Shown here piece after piece: positions 13,369 to 25,792 of a stretch of 64,000 nucleotides of DNA. The notes below the pieces were generated by a model that saw only the letters and a list, made by a program, of their open reading frames with translations, had not been told where the DNA came from and did no database searches. Location of the stretch: assembly GCA_951406725.2 (NCBI GenBank), contig OX597831.1, positions 68,572,001 through 68,636,000 on the forward strand, written 5' to 3'. The position numbers were made by a program, and so were the translations under genes. How positions within the stretch are numbered: position 1 is the first letter of the stretch; each line of letters begins with the position of its first letter. The DNA comes from Octopus vulgaris (taxonomy: Eukaryota).

Positions 13369-13959
13369 TCTATCTACTCTAGAATGCAAATTTCAGTTTC
13401 AGCATAAGAACTATTTTGTAATAAGTGTCAATAATAGAAGGTTATTCTCTGAATAGGTATGGGAAGAATTGTCTTATTGGATTTCTTCCAACCTTGACAT
13501 TATTCAAATACTGTAATTTTCCTGTCAGTACAATACATATTCTAGGAAATCAGATATGATTAAACCAATTTGTAGTTCTGGATGGTTGAATCAATTAATT
13601 TTGATTCTTTCAAAGATTATAACTATCTCAGGGCTGAAAGCTTGGATTCTAGGCCAAAACTTCGTAAAGACTTACAACAATTAACTTTTATTATTCCATT
13701 CATAAACTGCAGCAGCTTTCAAGTCATAATATTGATATATGCAGCAAGAGACAAGTATTTATGATACCTCTTCTTAACTGCTAGAGGAGTTAAAGAAATG
13801 CAAAATAAAGTGCTCTACTCAGAAATACTCTGAGCCACTGTCAGGATAAACAATCATTGTCCTATGCCATGTCTGCACATGCATTGTGTATAGCGATCTA
13901 CAAACAATAAATCTTGTTATATCACTGAAGTATCATTAGTCAGGGATGCTAATTTATAT

Positions 13960-14360
13960 CAGGAGGCAAGAGCGTGATCGTTGCCAGAGCAGCCAACTGG
14001 CTTCCATACTCGTGGCACGTACAATGGCACCATTCGAGCGTGATCGTTACCAACATCGCTTCACTAGCACCTGTGCCGGTGTCATGTGTAAAAGATTCAA
14101 GCGAGGTCATTGCCAGTACCGCCTGACTGGCCCCTGTGCCAGTGGCACGTAAAAAGCACCCACTACACTCTCGGAGTGGTTGGGGATCTGGGAAGCCAGA
14201 AGGCTGCACCAGGCTCCAGTCTGATCTGGCAGTGTTTCTACAGCTGGATGCCCTTCCTAACGCCAACCACTCCATGAGTGTAGTGGGTGCTTTTTACTTG
14301 CCAGGCAAGGCTGGCAATGGCCACGATTGGATTGGTGCTTTTTACATGCCACCGGCATGG
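13960..14360. mobile_element. Two RTE 3'-UTR fragments fused in opposite orientation (plus 13960-14182, minus 14183-14360)
   Basis: gtaaaaagcacccactacactctcggagtggttgg is followed by the reverse complement of the same UTR region. Confidence 0.85.
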
Positions 14361-14637
14361 ACAAGGTTGTTAAGTGAGTCCTGGGGGTGAGTTGACTACA
14401 ACTTCTAACAAGTTGTGAGACTACACAGAGGCTCCCTCACTACTTCAAGCAGTGGTAGACCAGAAAGTTGATGTGGGGATTTGCTAGGCATAGTGCTGAA
14501 TTAATTCAATTCTGATTATATCAAAAGTTATGAGAATGACTGACTTCTTCTTTCAGGGAATTATTTCTCTCATCTTCTTAATGCCACTGTGACAGGAAAT
14601 AAACACTGGTCAAGTAAAATGATACAGCCTGTGAAAG

Positions 14638-14638
<1 letters not shown>

Positions 14639-14692
<54 letters not shown>

Positions 14693-14717
14693 TAATAATG
14701 ATAAGGATAATAATAAC
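14639..14717. repeat. (AAT)n microsatellite
   Basis: Seen directly. Confidence 0.97.
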
Positions 14718-14979
14718 AGAAAATGTGATGAGTGCGATCTTACCTCACTTGCAGCTGCTCTTCAAGGTACAGCATGCAAAAACTCCAACGTTAGTTTCCT
14801 TGGAGTCAGTCTATGTATCACTTTTCATTTTGAACTCGACAAAGACAAGTGACCTATTGAAATATTGTCCAAACCATTAGAATATCTATTGAAATTGCAT
14901 CATGTTCTTTTTATTGTCTACGTACCTTTGTGAGTAGCTACGCCAATCCTTTTAAAATATATTAATGATAGTGATAGTA

Positions 14980-15985
14980 ATTGTAGAGACATCATTAAGA
15001 ATAAAAGGTTAACTGACACTGAAATTAGCCAAATTAGGAGAAATATCTCATGGCAGACCAAATGAAAACAGCAACAATGCAGATGAAATAGGTAACAGAT
15101 GCACAGAACCCAGTGTACAAGCAGTACATCTCAATGAGACAGCTGAAGAAAGAATAGTGAAGAACAGATATGCAGAAAAAGAGGAGAAAGTAGACCTACC
15201 TGAAGAACACCAGAATAAATATGACATAGAATTTGAGGTGAATAATAAAGAGAGGATCATAGAAGCAAAAGAAGATATTATGAGAGAACTCTACAAGACC
15301 GAGAACCACTACCAAAGCTCTCAAACAGCATATAAGATAACAACACTATCAGGATATATAATGTTGCTTTTAAACAGATCTTAAGAATTAAGGGAAATGA
15401 CCTAACAACTTCAAATAACCCTTTCTATTCCACTGCTAAAGTTGTATCTGCACAACTAGGACGACACAGAAAAGGACCAACCATGTCAATAGACCTCCCA
15501 AGTGAAACGTAGCAATACAAAAAGACTGAATTTTTGCAGGTGTATATATCAGTTCTCAATGAACTTGCTAGAGGAGTAAATGTTAAGGTGAAACAAGCTA
15601 GAAAAATTAAGCAACAATATAAAATCAAAGATCTTATAAACTTCCCTGCAACCAAGGAAATAGTGAAACAATGAATACAACTGAAATCCCAATGGCTCAG
15701 TAATATGACAAAAGAATCAAATTTTATCGACAAAATAAGATATTCAAGACAGATGCAAAGAAATTATATAGGGAAATTGGCAAAAGCAAGGAGCCATGTA
15801 AGATTGAGGAAATGAAAGAGTTCTAGAAGAAGATATGAAGCAAAAAAAAAAGAATATAATGCTGAAACTCACTGGATAGAACATGAGAAAATGAGAAGTC
15901 GAAGAGCAAAAACAGGAGGAATATGAGTAGAAGAGAGTCTCACAAATGGAAAACCCCAGGACTGGACCAGATTCTACATTTTATT
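14980..15985 (+). mobile_element. Decayed R4/Dong-like non-LTR element, N-terminal region up to the start of RT
   Basis: Pieces RDIIKNKRLTDTEISQIRRNI, YDKRIKFYRQNKIFKTDAKKLYREIGK and SHKWKTPGLDQI; many stops and frameshifts. Confidence 0.7.
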
Positions 15986-16012
15986 ATTATTGGCCATGCT
16001 ACCTTGGCCATT

Positions 16013-16780
16013 CCACCGGCACAGGAGCCAGGGGGGCTGGCATTGACCATGTTTGAATGGTGCTTTTACATGTTGCCAGCACAGAAGCCAGAGGGGGCTG
16101 GCATTGACCATGTTTGAATGGTGCTTTTACATGTCGCCAGCATGGGAGCCAGAGGGGGCTGGCATTGACTACGTTTGGATGGTGCTTTTACATGTCGCCA
16201 GCATGGGTGCCAGAGGGGGCTGGTATTGACCATATTTGAATGGTGCTTTTACATGTTGCCAGCACAGAAGCCAGAAGGGGGCTAGCATTGACCATGTTTG
16301 GATGGTGCTTTTACATGTCGCCAGCATGGGAGCCAGAGGGGGCTGGCATTGACTACGTTTGGATGGTGCTTTTACATGTCGCCAGCACGGAAGCCAGAGG
16401 GGGCTGGCATTGACCATATTTGAATGGTGCTTTTACATGTTGCCAGCACAGAAGCCAGAAGGGGGCTAGCATTGACCATGTTTGAATGGTGCTTTTACAT
16501 GTCGCCAGCATGGAAGCCAGAGGGGGCTGGCATTGTACATGTTTGAATGGTGCTTTTACATGTTGCCAGCACAGAAGCCAGAGGGGGCTGGCATTGACCA
16601 TATTTGAATGGTGCTTTTACATGTTGCCAGCATGGAAGCCAGAGGGGGCTGGTATTGACCACGTTTGAATGGTGCTTTTACATGTCACCAGCATAGAAGT
16701 CAGAGGGGGCTGGCATTGTACATGTTTGAATGGTGCTTTTACATGTCGCCAGCATGGGAGCCAGTCAAGGCGGCACTGGA
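16013..16780 (-). repeat. 61-bp minisatellite (about 12 units) derived from the RTE 3'-UTR module
   Basis: Unit gccagagggggctggcattgaccatgtttgaatggtgcttttacatgtcgccagcatggga recurs at 16087, 16148, 16209, 16270 and onward. Confidence 0.92.
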
Positions 16781-17338
16781 ATAAGCCAGGTTCAGGTGCC
16801 AGACAGTTCTTGTCTACTATAATATATGTTTGTGCTTTTATGCAGCAGAGGACCCCCTCAAATAAATATTGCAGTATTCAGCATTCTAACACCACATCCA
16901 CATTAGCTCCATGCAACTCAACCTGACAGGCTTATCAAATGAACCCAGCTCATCTGATTTGTGGGACGAAGATTAATGAGCTAGGTTCATTTGATGAACT
17001 TGTGAAACTTGAAGTTGCATGGAACAAAATCACATATATTGTTTAACAACAATATACATGGCACCTACCAAATGTGCTGAGTGTTACTTTCTTTCATTTG
17101 TCCACTATCTGTGTATGTATGTGTGCATGTATATATGTATGTATATATGTAGGTATGTATGTATGTGTGCATGCATATATGTATGTATATATGAAGGTAT
17201 TTATGTATGTGTGTGTATGCATGTATGTATGTATGCATGCATGCATATGTGTATATATATATGTCTGTATATAGCCTTGAGCCGACCAAAGCCTTGTGAG
17301 TGGATTTGGTAGACGGAAACTGAAAGAAGCCCGTCGTA

Positions 17339-17388
<50 letters not shown>

Positions 17389-18000
17389 GAAAGAGTGAGA
17401 GAGAGAGAATTAATGCATAAACATCAAAGAATAAATCAAATCCAAGTGAGACTAAATTGCAAGTCGCACATAATTTGGTAAACAATCTTTAGAAGCAACA
17501 TATTTAGCATAAATAGCAGAAAAGCATAAATTTCATTCATAGTTAAAGATTTAACTCCACTCAACAGCTGTTTCAAGATAATAAATATCTTCAAATGTAT
17601 AACTACGTAATTGTGATACACAATTAACTAATTTTAATTGGATTAATTTAAAACCTATGTGTATTTAAACATAAGAAATTTTGTGTTATGTTAATCAGAA
17701 AACTGTTTCTGGTTGAACTGCATCAACACACACAAACACACAGACACACGTGCACACACACACACACGCATATATTCTTTGCCTGAAAAAATTAACACAT
17801 GAACAGACCCACCTGATATCCATGGATATTTTAGGTTATATCATAATCATCTCAGGAATGTGGACTATGGTCACAAAAAACATGTGATTAGTGGAAATGC
17901 ACGTAGTGATACAATAGAATATTTATTTATAAATTACATCCATGGACTATTATTATCATTATTATTATTATTATTATTATCATTATTATCATTATTATTA

Positions 18001-18131
18001 TCATTCAGTAGTTTTATTTTTATAATGTGCTTTCGTTCCACTACCGAGTGCAGCTCTGTGTGCCTTGGGTATGTGCTGTGACTTGTTGTGATGCTCTGAT
18101 GGTTACTGTATTGAAAGTGTTCTGCGTAGGA
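18001..18131 (-). mobile_element. 5'-truncated 3' end of a Dong/R4-like element inside a (TAA)n tract
   Basis: Minus strand reads LRRTLSIQ* then a short UTR and aataaaactactgaatgataataat; (TTA)n on both sides. Confidence 0.6.
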
Positions 18132-18175
18132 GTATTATTATTATTACTATATATTAAATATATATATGTATGTAT

Positions 18176-18220
<45 letters not shown>

Positions 18221-18649
18221 ATATCATTTATATGTACATAATATAGTATAATCATATGTGTATATATAAATAGGTATACATGTGTATATATTTATATATA
18301 TATGTGTGTGTGTGTGTGTATACATATATATATGTATGTAAGTATTGAGAACAACAAATATTAGACTATTCCCCTCAGAAAAGAAAAATGTTTCATGTGA
18401 GATCAGCAAAGAAAGTTTGGTTCATTAACAAGTGAACAACTTTATTTATTTAATAATCCAAGCTCTCAACAAATTTCTGCAACAAATCAATAACATTTTT
18501 AATAAAATTACTTTGCAAACTTATCTTGTATCATTTAGTGTTGGTATTTCAGTATTACAAATAGGAACACATCTATTTTTATTCTCACGGCATAATTTTA
18601 CAGCTTGTCATGTCAATAAAGTGAAAGACTTCCAACCCATATATCATCT

Positions 18650-19074
18650 ACTCTTACTCTCTCTTTTACTCTTTTACTTGTTTCAGACATTTGACTGCGG
18701 CCATGCTGGAGCACCGCCTTTAGTCGAGCAAATCGACCCCGGGACTTATTCTTTGTAAGCCCAGTACTTATTCTATCAGTCTCTTTCGCCGAACCGCTAA
18801 GTGACGGGGACGTAGACACACACCAGCATCGGTTGTCAAGCAATGCTAGGGGGACAAACACAGACACACAAACACACACACACACACATATATATATATA
18901 CATATATATACGACAGGCTTCTTTCAGTTTCTGTCTACCAAATCCACTCACAAGGCATTGGTCGGCCCGGGGTTACAGCAGAAGACACTTGCCCAAGATG
19001 CCACGCAGTGGGACTGAACCTGGAACCATGTGGTTGGTAAGCAAGCTACTTACCACACAGCCACTCCTGCGCCT
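18650..19074 (-). mobile_element. tRNA-derived SINE family 1, full length
   Basis: Reverse complement of the 9289-9687 element. Confidence 0.92.
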
Positions 19075-19616
19075 ATTTGTCTCTCTGTTTGTCTTTCACT
19101 AAAAATGTTTCATGTTCTGAACCAAAACACTAAATATCAGTTTATTTCTATAAGGATATGGACAGTTATCTATTATAAGGGGGGAAGACTCTAATTAATG
19201 TTGTCTGTCAGTGTAGAGCTCAGGTGTTCTTATAAGTATAGCTAAGAGAAAAAAGTGCTTCATGAGCCTATTAGTTTTAGTTACATTGTATTTATAAAAA
19301 CTCAGTAGTATTCCCAAAACTTAATTTATACTGGACTTGCCCTTCTTTTTCAGGAACTGAGAATTACAGTTCTTTGAAAAAAAAAAAAAAAATGCAGTTG
19401 TGACATCTTTGCATTAAAATTTGATGTCATTTTGAAAACCCCAAAAGAAAATCTGTACCAGTGTTGACTGATATATACTTTATCTGCTCAGAAGGAATGA
19501 AAGACAAAATTGACTCTTAGGATTTGAATCCAAAATACAGAAAAAACATGACTATTTAAAGGACGCCATTTAATTTGATACCTTTCATTGGTCTGATACC
19601 GATAAATGAATCTTAA

Positions 19617-19837
19617 CCCTTTCGTTACCAACCCGGCCAAAGCCGGCTCAGGCTCTGTAATACAAATGTCTTGTTTTCATAAGTTTTGAATTAAAATCTT
19701 CTACCAAACCTTAGTCACAATTTATGTTCTTAACAGTAGCCTAATGATAACTAAGTTATTTTACTAAATTCTTTGTTATATTTAAAGTAACTGAAAGAAA
19801 CACAGAGCATCTCAAAATAAATACAGTAACGAAAGGG
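19617..19837. mobile_element. piggyBac-type MITE
   Basis: TTAA on both sides (19613-19616, 19838-19841) and TIRs CCCTTTCGTTAC/GTAACGAAAGGG; second copy at 36225. Confidence 0.88.
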
Positions 19838-20059
19838 TTAAACATCTAATTTTAATTATATTAGTTTATTATTAGCAATTATTTTCTCCTATAGACAAGA
19901 CATTTATTTTATATCACAATTCATGAACAGTAGCCTAATAAGTTACGGGTTTCTTTTTATGTGGTTATACAGACTGACCTGAACATAAAAAATATGCTGA
20001 AGCATATATGGAGGTTGGGAAGAATATATGTGTATATACATGTATGTACATGTATAGCA

Positions 20060-20240
20060 ATTGAAGTGTAGAACGACTATTTCATACAGCTCTTCACCTT
20101 CACTTTAACATCTCTGTTATTGTGCCATCTTTTCCTGGAGCTTTGTCTGCTTTCATCATCTTGAAGGAATTTTCACTTTTGCTGACCAGAATAAGTGGCA
20201 CTTCTTCCAACATTAGGGATGTTTGAGGGCCAAGAATGTT
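20060..20240 (-). mobile_element. Small decayed LINE RT fragment (RTE-like)
   Basis: Minus strand reads SFKMMKADKAPGKDGTITEMLK. Confidence 0.55.
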
Positions 20241-20489
20241 TTATACTATTTTACTCTCTTATTTGTTTCAGCCATTTAACTGTGGCCATGCTGGAGCACT
20301 GCCTTTAGTTGAACAAATCAACCCCAGGACTGATTCTTTGTAAGCTTAGTACTTATTCTATCGATCTCTATTGCTGAACCACTAAGTTACGGGGAAGTAA
20401 ACACACTAGCATCGATGTGTTAATAATACTAACAAACACACCCATCCTTTGGACGGTTTAAGTTGCTTTGGTGGTATTTTTTTCACTTT

Positions 20490-21340
20490 GTTCCAGGTGT
20501 TACCTGAGCTCAGTAATCTGTTTGCTCTGTGGTATCTCCCATGAAGTAAATTTGAAGCAATTTGTGTTCAACATTGTTGACAGCAAGAATAGAGCCTATT
20601 TAATAATAGGTTTGGCCCTGAAATTTGAACGTTAGCATATAGGAGTCTTCATGAATGGGTTTGTGACTGAAACTTGCCATCGGGAAGGCAGAGTTATAAG
20701 CAAGAAATTTCTGTATAAATTGTTGTGAATCAGGGTGATGACCAAGGAGTAAAGTGAGGAAAGGCTGAGGAGTGCTTTGCAGGTCAGGCAGGCAGACCTT
20801 TCTGTTTAAGCAGCATAGGCCACTGAATTCTCCAACTCACTTGAGGGCCTTGAAAATGGACATGTTACAGACATAGCTCCTATAACAGTCTCTCGATAAG
20901 TGCTGTAATCCTCGGCAGAATCGTAGTTGAGTGCCTTTAATGCCCGTCAATGATTTCTAGTTGCCATGTGTAAGAGCTTTCCAGTGAACATTAGACTGCT
21001 GTCTCATCATCTAACAGTTACCAACATCTGTCAACCTCACAACAGAAGTGGAATCCCTAGAAGAGAGGGCTATCTGTCAGGCATGCAACTCTTTGCCCTT
21101 TCTTCTAGGGATTCTTTGGTCATTTGTGGAAGAAGTGGATGCAGCATTGCATGCCCGACGGATAGCACTCTTTTGTGGGGTTTCTGCAGCCCTTGCATCA
21201 ACAGCACACACTCGATAGGTTTCATGCTGCTCTGGCGTAGTTGCAGCTCTTTTCAACAGTCTACAGGAACCTCTGGTCCTCAGTTTTCTTATCCTGCCAG
21301 CGCTGCTGCCTTGCCACTGCAGAAGACTTTCTGCCAATGC
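20490..21340 (-). mobile_element. Decayed autonomous Helitron, N-terminal RepHel fragment
   Basis: STPR-like repeats (AATTPEQHET, ARAAETPQ), then VIGAMSVTCPF..GLCCLNRKVCLPDL..LLLGHHPDSQQF..YNSAFPMASF..TFKFQGQTYY*IGSIL..KLLQIYFMGD, the zinc-finger-like region that precedes Helitron Rep. Confidence 0.8.
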
Positions 21341-21457
21341 ATACTCTCTTTTTAAGTGGCATGCTTAGAAAAGGAAAATGGGTTCTAGTGTACCAAGTGA
21401 TTATCGATTTTGTTATAAGCTAACAAAAGCCCCTTTATTCTGTCTTCCCACATAGCC

Positions 21458-21675
21458 TCTTTACTCTTTTTACTCTTTTACTTGTTTCAGTCATTTGACT
21501 GCGGCCATGCTGGAGCACCACCTTTAGTCGAGCAAATCGACCCCGGGACTTATTCTTTGTAAGCCCAGTACTTATTCTATCGATCTCTTTTACCGAACCG
21601 CTAAGTGATGGGGACATAGACACACACCAACATCGGTTGTCAAGCAATGCTAGGGGGACAAACACAGACACACAA

Positions 21676-21712
<37 letters not shown>

Positions 21713-21882
21713 CATATATACAACAGGCTTTTTTCAGTTTCCATCTACCAAATCCACTCACAAGGCTTTGGTCGGCCCGGGGCTATAGCAGAAGACACTT
21801 GCCCAAGATGCCACACAGTGGGATTGAACCCAGAACCATGTGGTTGGTTAGCAAGCTACTTACCACACAGCCACTCCTGCCT
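21458..21882 (-). mobile_element. tRNA-derived SINE family 1, full length (partial copies also at 17270-17345 and 20248-20418)
   Basis: Near-identical to 18650-19074. Confidence 0.92.
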
Positions 21883-22819
21883 CATAAAGTGAAATTGGTA
21901 TACAGCTTTTGCTAGTGGAAGCAAAACTCTTATTTAATGGTTGATTCTTTGAGATTAATCATATGTGATTGTTGAAAAAAGGCTAGAATGACAATGCTAA
22001 AACCTATTTGAAACAATAGACAGCAATCGAAATATCATAATGGATGGGTAAATAAGCATCCTTAAAGTGAAACAACACATTGGTAGGTAAAGAAAGGTAT
22101 CAACAAATGGAAGAGAAGGAAGGGAACATCACCTTTCAAGTAACTCAGAATAGAGAAAGGTAAGATTTCCAAGCTTTAATGTAGTTTAAATATGGAGATT
22201 AAGATTGTTTGGTATTGGATATTCATCGCGTACAGTGTTCCTAGTCAATTCAATCACAGGCAAAAATATTCTCTAATGTATGGAAGGCTCTACATACAAA
22301 AGAACTATGTACATACATCGAATTTGGAAAATCTTTTAAGTTAACATAAACATTTATTTACAGGAAAGAAAATTACCAGAGATATAACACATGTTGTGCT
22401 TAAGATAACAGCTAAATAAGATGTTTTGGGATAAATCTTTTAAATTAAAATAGACATTTATTTACATGAAAGTAAAATGACAGCTTCCAAATCTTGTTTC
22501 CTGACTGGGTCACCATGCAGGTGGACAATCAAAGTAAATAAATAGACAAAATCCTTTCACTTTTATAAAAAGATTAAAAAAAGTATGGAAGACCCTAGAT
22601 ACACAAAGCTATGTCCATTTACGTAGGAGTTCTGGGCAAAATGCTATAGTGCATGACTATTCTTGGGATATAAGGAATGTGTGTGTAAAGTTTGAAGAAA
22701 ATCGGTTGAGAATTGTGGAAATGTATGCATTAGTCATTATACATGCACATACTGCAATTTGTATATACTAGATAATATAATAAATGATAAATATTAATAA
22801 ATATTAAATAACTATATAT

Positions 22820-23025
22820 ATCATCATCATTTAATGTCTGTTTTCCATGGTGGCATGGGTTGAACGGTTTGACTGGAGCTGGCAAATCTGGGGTCTGCAC
22901 CAGGCTACATTGTCTGTTTTGGTATGGTTTCTATGGTAGGAGGCCCTTCCCATTGCCAACCACTTTACAGAGTGTACAGCGTGCCTTTTTTATGTAACAC
23001 TAGCACCAGTGCTTTTTACATGGCA
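22820..23025 (-). mobile_element. Diverged RTE-type 3' tail fragment (a similar one lies at about 24965-25070)
   Basis: catcatcatttaatgtctgttttccatggtggcatgggttgaacgg is the reverse complement of the RTE tail. Confidence 0.7.
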
Positions 23026-23693
23026 CACACACACACACACAAAATTTTATGTAACTTTTATGTATTGCTTTTCTGTATTCTTTGAAATAGAAAGAAACTT
23101 CAGTTTCATAACATCTTGAAATTCTTAATAGGCCAATGACAGAAAACAAAGAAATAATAAACCATTACTTGCATGGTGAACAGTGAAATGATTTGAAATG
23201 ATGGCTTGCATATTTATTCTTAATATGTTCCAACAGATTTCAACACATATATACTAAACACAGTTGTGTTTGTCACAGGTGAACCAGCTTCTTCTTTATC
23301 ATTTTATTGTTGTATGTTTTCACTACTCTTACCATTCTTAGCCTTAATTACTCCAAGTAATTTGTTGCCACTCAACCTGCGTGATTTCACTTCAAGGTAT
23401 ACAAAACACAAAACCTTCTTTGGTTTCAAGTGTTCATATTTCCATTAAATCTTCTACGATAATTTTGTGTAAAGAACCTTTTATGTTCCAAACACCAGCT
23501 TCATAATAACATTTTGTGTATTTAATTCTTTCCAAAGAAAAATAGATACAAAAAGATTAATTTAATTCTTTCTTCCATTTTTATGTTTATGCTTGTGATT
23601 ATCTAAGTTTGCAAACGTGTGTGTGTGTGTGCATGCATGTGTGTGTTGACCTCCATTGCCAGCAATACATAAACAAAATCAGTCTTCTATAAG

Positions 23694-23736
<43 letters not shown>

Positions 23737-23830
23737 TATGTATGTATGTATGTATGTATGTATGTATGTATGTACACACACATACATACATACATACATA
23801 CATACACGCACATATATATATATATATATT

Positions 23831-24062
23831 AGGCGGCGAGCTGCTAGAAACATTAGCACGCCGGGCGAAATTCGTAGCTGTATTTCGTCTGTCGTTACGT
23901 TCCGAGTTCAAATTCCGCCGAGGTCGACTTTGCCTTTCATCCTTTCGGGGTCGATAAATTAAGTACCAGTTATGCACTGGGGTCGATGTAGTCGACTTAA
24001 TCCCTTTGTCTGTCCTTGTTTGTCCCCTCTGTGTTTAGCCCCTTGTGGGTAGTAAAGAAATA
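23831..24062 (+). mobile_element. tRNA-derived SINE family 3 with a Meta-domain-like core (diverged copies at about 5285-5455 minus, 19460-19540 minus, 43890-44020 plus, 53320-53515 minus)
   Basis: B box GAGTTCAAATTCC and core gcctttcatcctttcggggtcgataaattaagtaccag; inserted within (TA)n. Confidence 0.75.
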
Positions 24063-24386
24063 TATATATATATATATATATATTACTTTATATAATTATG
24101 AATATAATTATAATTAGGGTTCAGCAAAAAAAATTTGCTTTGCCACATACCAAACGTTTAGAAATTGCAGCCAAAGAATTTAGCTATTTCTTCCACTGTA
24201 AGAAGAATCTCCCAGACAATGTATACTCAAAAACAAGTCACGTAGGCATAGAGGTAAAAATAACGAAAGTTCACCCGGCATTTAAGTTTACTGTAAATGG
24301 TCCTTTTAACATGCTGAACACTACTTGGTAGAATTATTAATTACTAATTAATTAATTAATCTTACGCTTTATTATATATCTATATC

Positions 24387-24426
<40 letters not shown>

Positions 24427-24498
24427 TACATACATATATATACACACACACACATACATACATATATATACACACACACACATGCATGCATACATACA

Positions 24499-24534
<36 letters not shown>

Positions 24535-25423
24535 TATAAAACCTTAGATCAGTTTAAATTTATTTGGGACATATTTAATCTGCACAAAGGCCATATTCAC
24601 TGCTAAATTGCCATGGAAAACCTTTTTCATTTTAGACCCTAGGTGTTGAAGAACACCAACAGTGATTTCAAGGTGCCCCCTCTCAGCAGAATTGGTGAAT
24701 GCATTTATAGCTTCTTGGCTGTCGTCAGTGTCGAGTATCACAAGAGAGACTATCTTGAAATGACTTTGGAATCATGTTTTATAGTAAATCAGCATTAAAA
24801 CATGAGTTCATTATGCACTAGACCTGACTTAAAGAAAATGTCTAAAATGAGATGGGTTCTTCACAGCAAATTAGCTGTGCATACAACTTTTGTATGGGTC
24901 AAATATGTCCTGAACATATCTGATCTGATCTGTCCGTCTGTCTGTCTGTCTGTCTATATAACGTCATGATCATCATTTAACTCCTTAGAGTTTTGGTACA
25001 GATCCTACAACTGGATGTTCCTTCTGTTGCCAACAACTTTACAGTGTGTACTAGGTGCTTTTTTCATGACGTTGTCAATTAACTCACTATATGAAAAAAG
25101 TCCACTTAACTGAGTGGGTTTGGAGTAGAGAAGGAAGTGACTTTATACCTGGTTGTGAGAGGCACAGGTGTCTTCCTATAGAGGAGATACATGGTTACCA
25201 TGCATTATATAAAGGTAGTTGGGTGGATGTTCTTGAACACAGTGAATCAACAATCATCTTGATCCATAGTCATCTCCTCTGTGAAGCTCAACATCTTGAG
25301 ATCATCATTCCTTATTTCATCCCATGTCTTCATGAATTTCCTTTTTCCACAAATTTCATCTGCTTTAAGCACTTGGCACGTCTTTGAACAGCTATCCCCA
25401 AGCAAGATAAGTCCTTATTTGCA

Positions 25424-25461
25424 CTGTCCGATGAACGGCAACGGGAAACTCAGAGTAACAG
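25424..25461 (+). ncRNA. Minimal type I hammerhead ribozyme motif (U4C variant) in a short element at about 25385-25565
   Basis: CUGU-CCGAUGA-ACG[GCAA]CGG-GAA-ACUC[A]GAGU-A-ACAG: stem I CUGU/ACAG, GNRA-capped stem II, near-palindromic stem III, GUA cleavage triplet. Confidence 0.7.
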
Positions 25462-25792
25462 GTTTTGTTGAATTTTCTACTGCTTTAAATAAAGCATATT
25501 AATCTACCACTGGTATATGAGTACTCTTTTTTCCACCTTGTTTCACATTTATGTGTTTACTCCGGTATATATATATATATATATATATCAACATATATTT
25601 GCAAGTATTAGCTTATTTGCATTCAAGTCTGACAGAACATATTAAAATTACACCTTGCAAGTCACAGTGCAAATAACAATTTGTCAGTTGACAGATATAG
25701 GGTAAGGGCCTATATCTTTGCAGAAGTATGTACCAACCTCCATACCCTCAGGAAAAAGATGAACTGTGAACTTTATTCTCCTGTCTGTATAC

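Noticed and set aside
24544-24790. Coding-looking segment (ORF MILDTDDSQEA... minus, or VLKNTNSDFKV... plus)
   Set aside because: No recognisable domain and no convincing splice-site pair.
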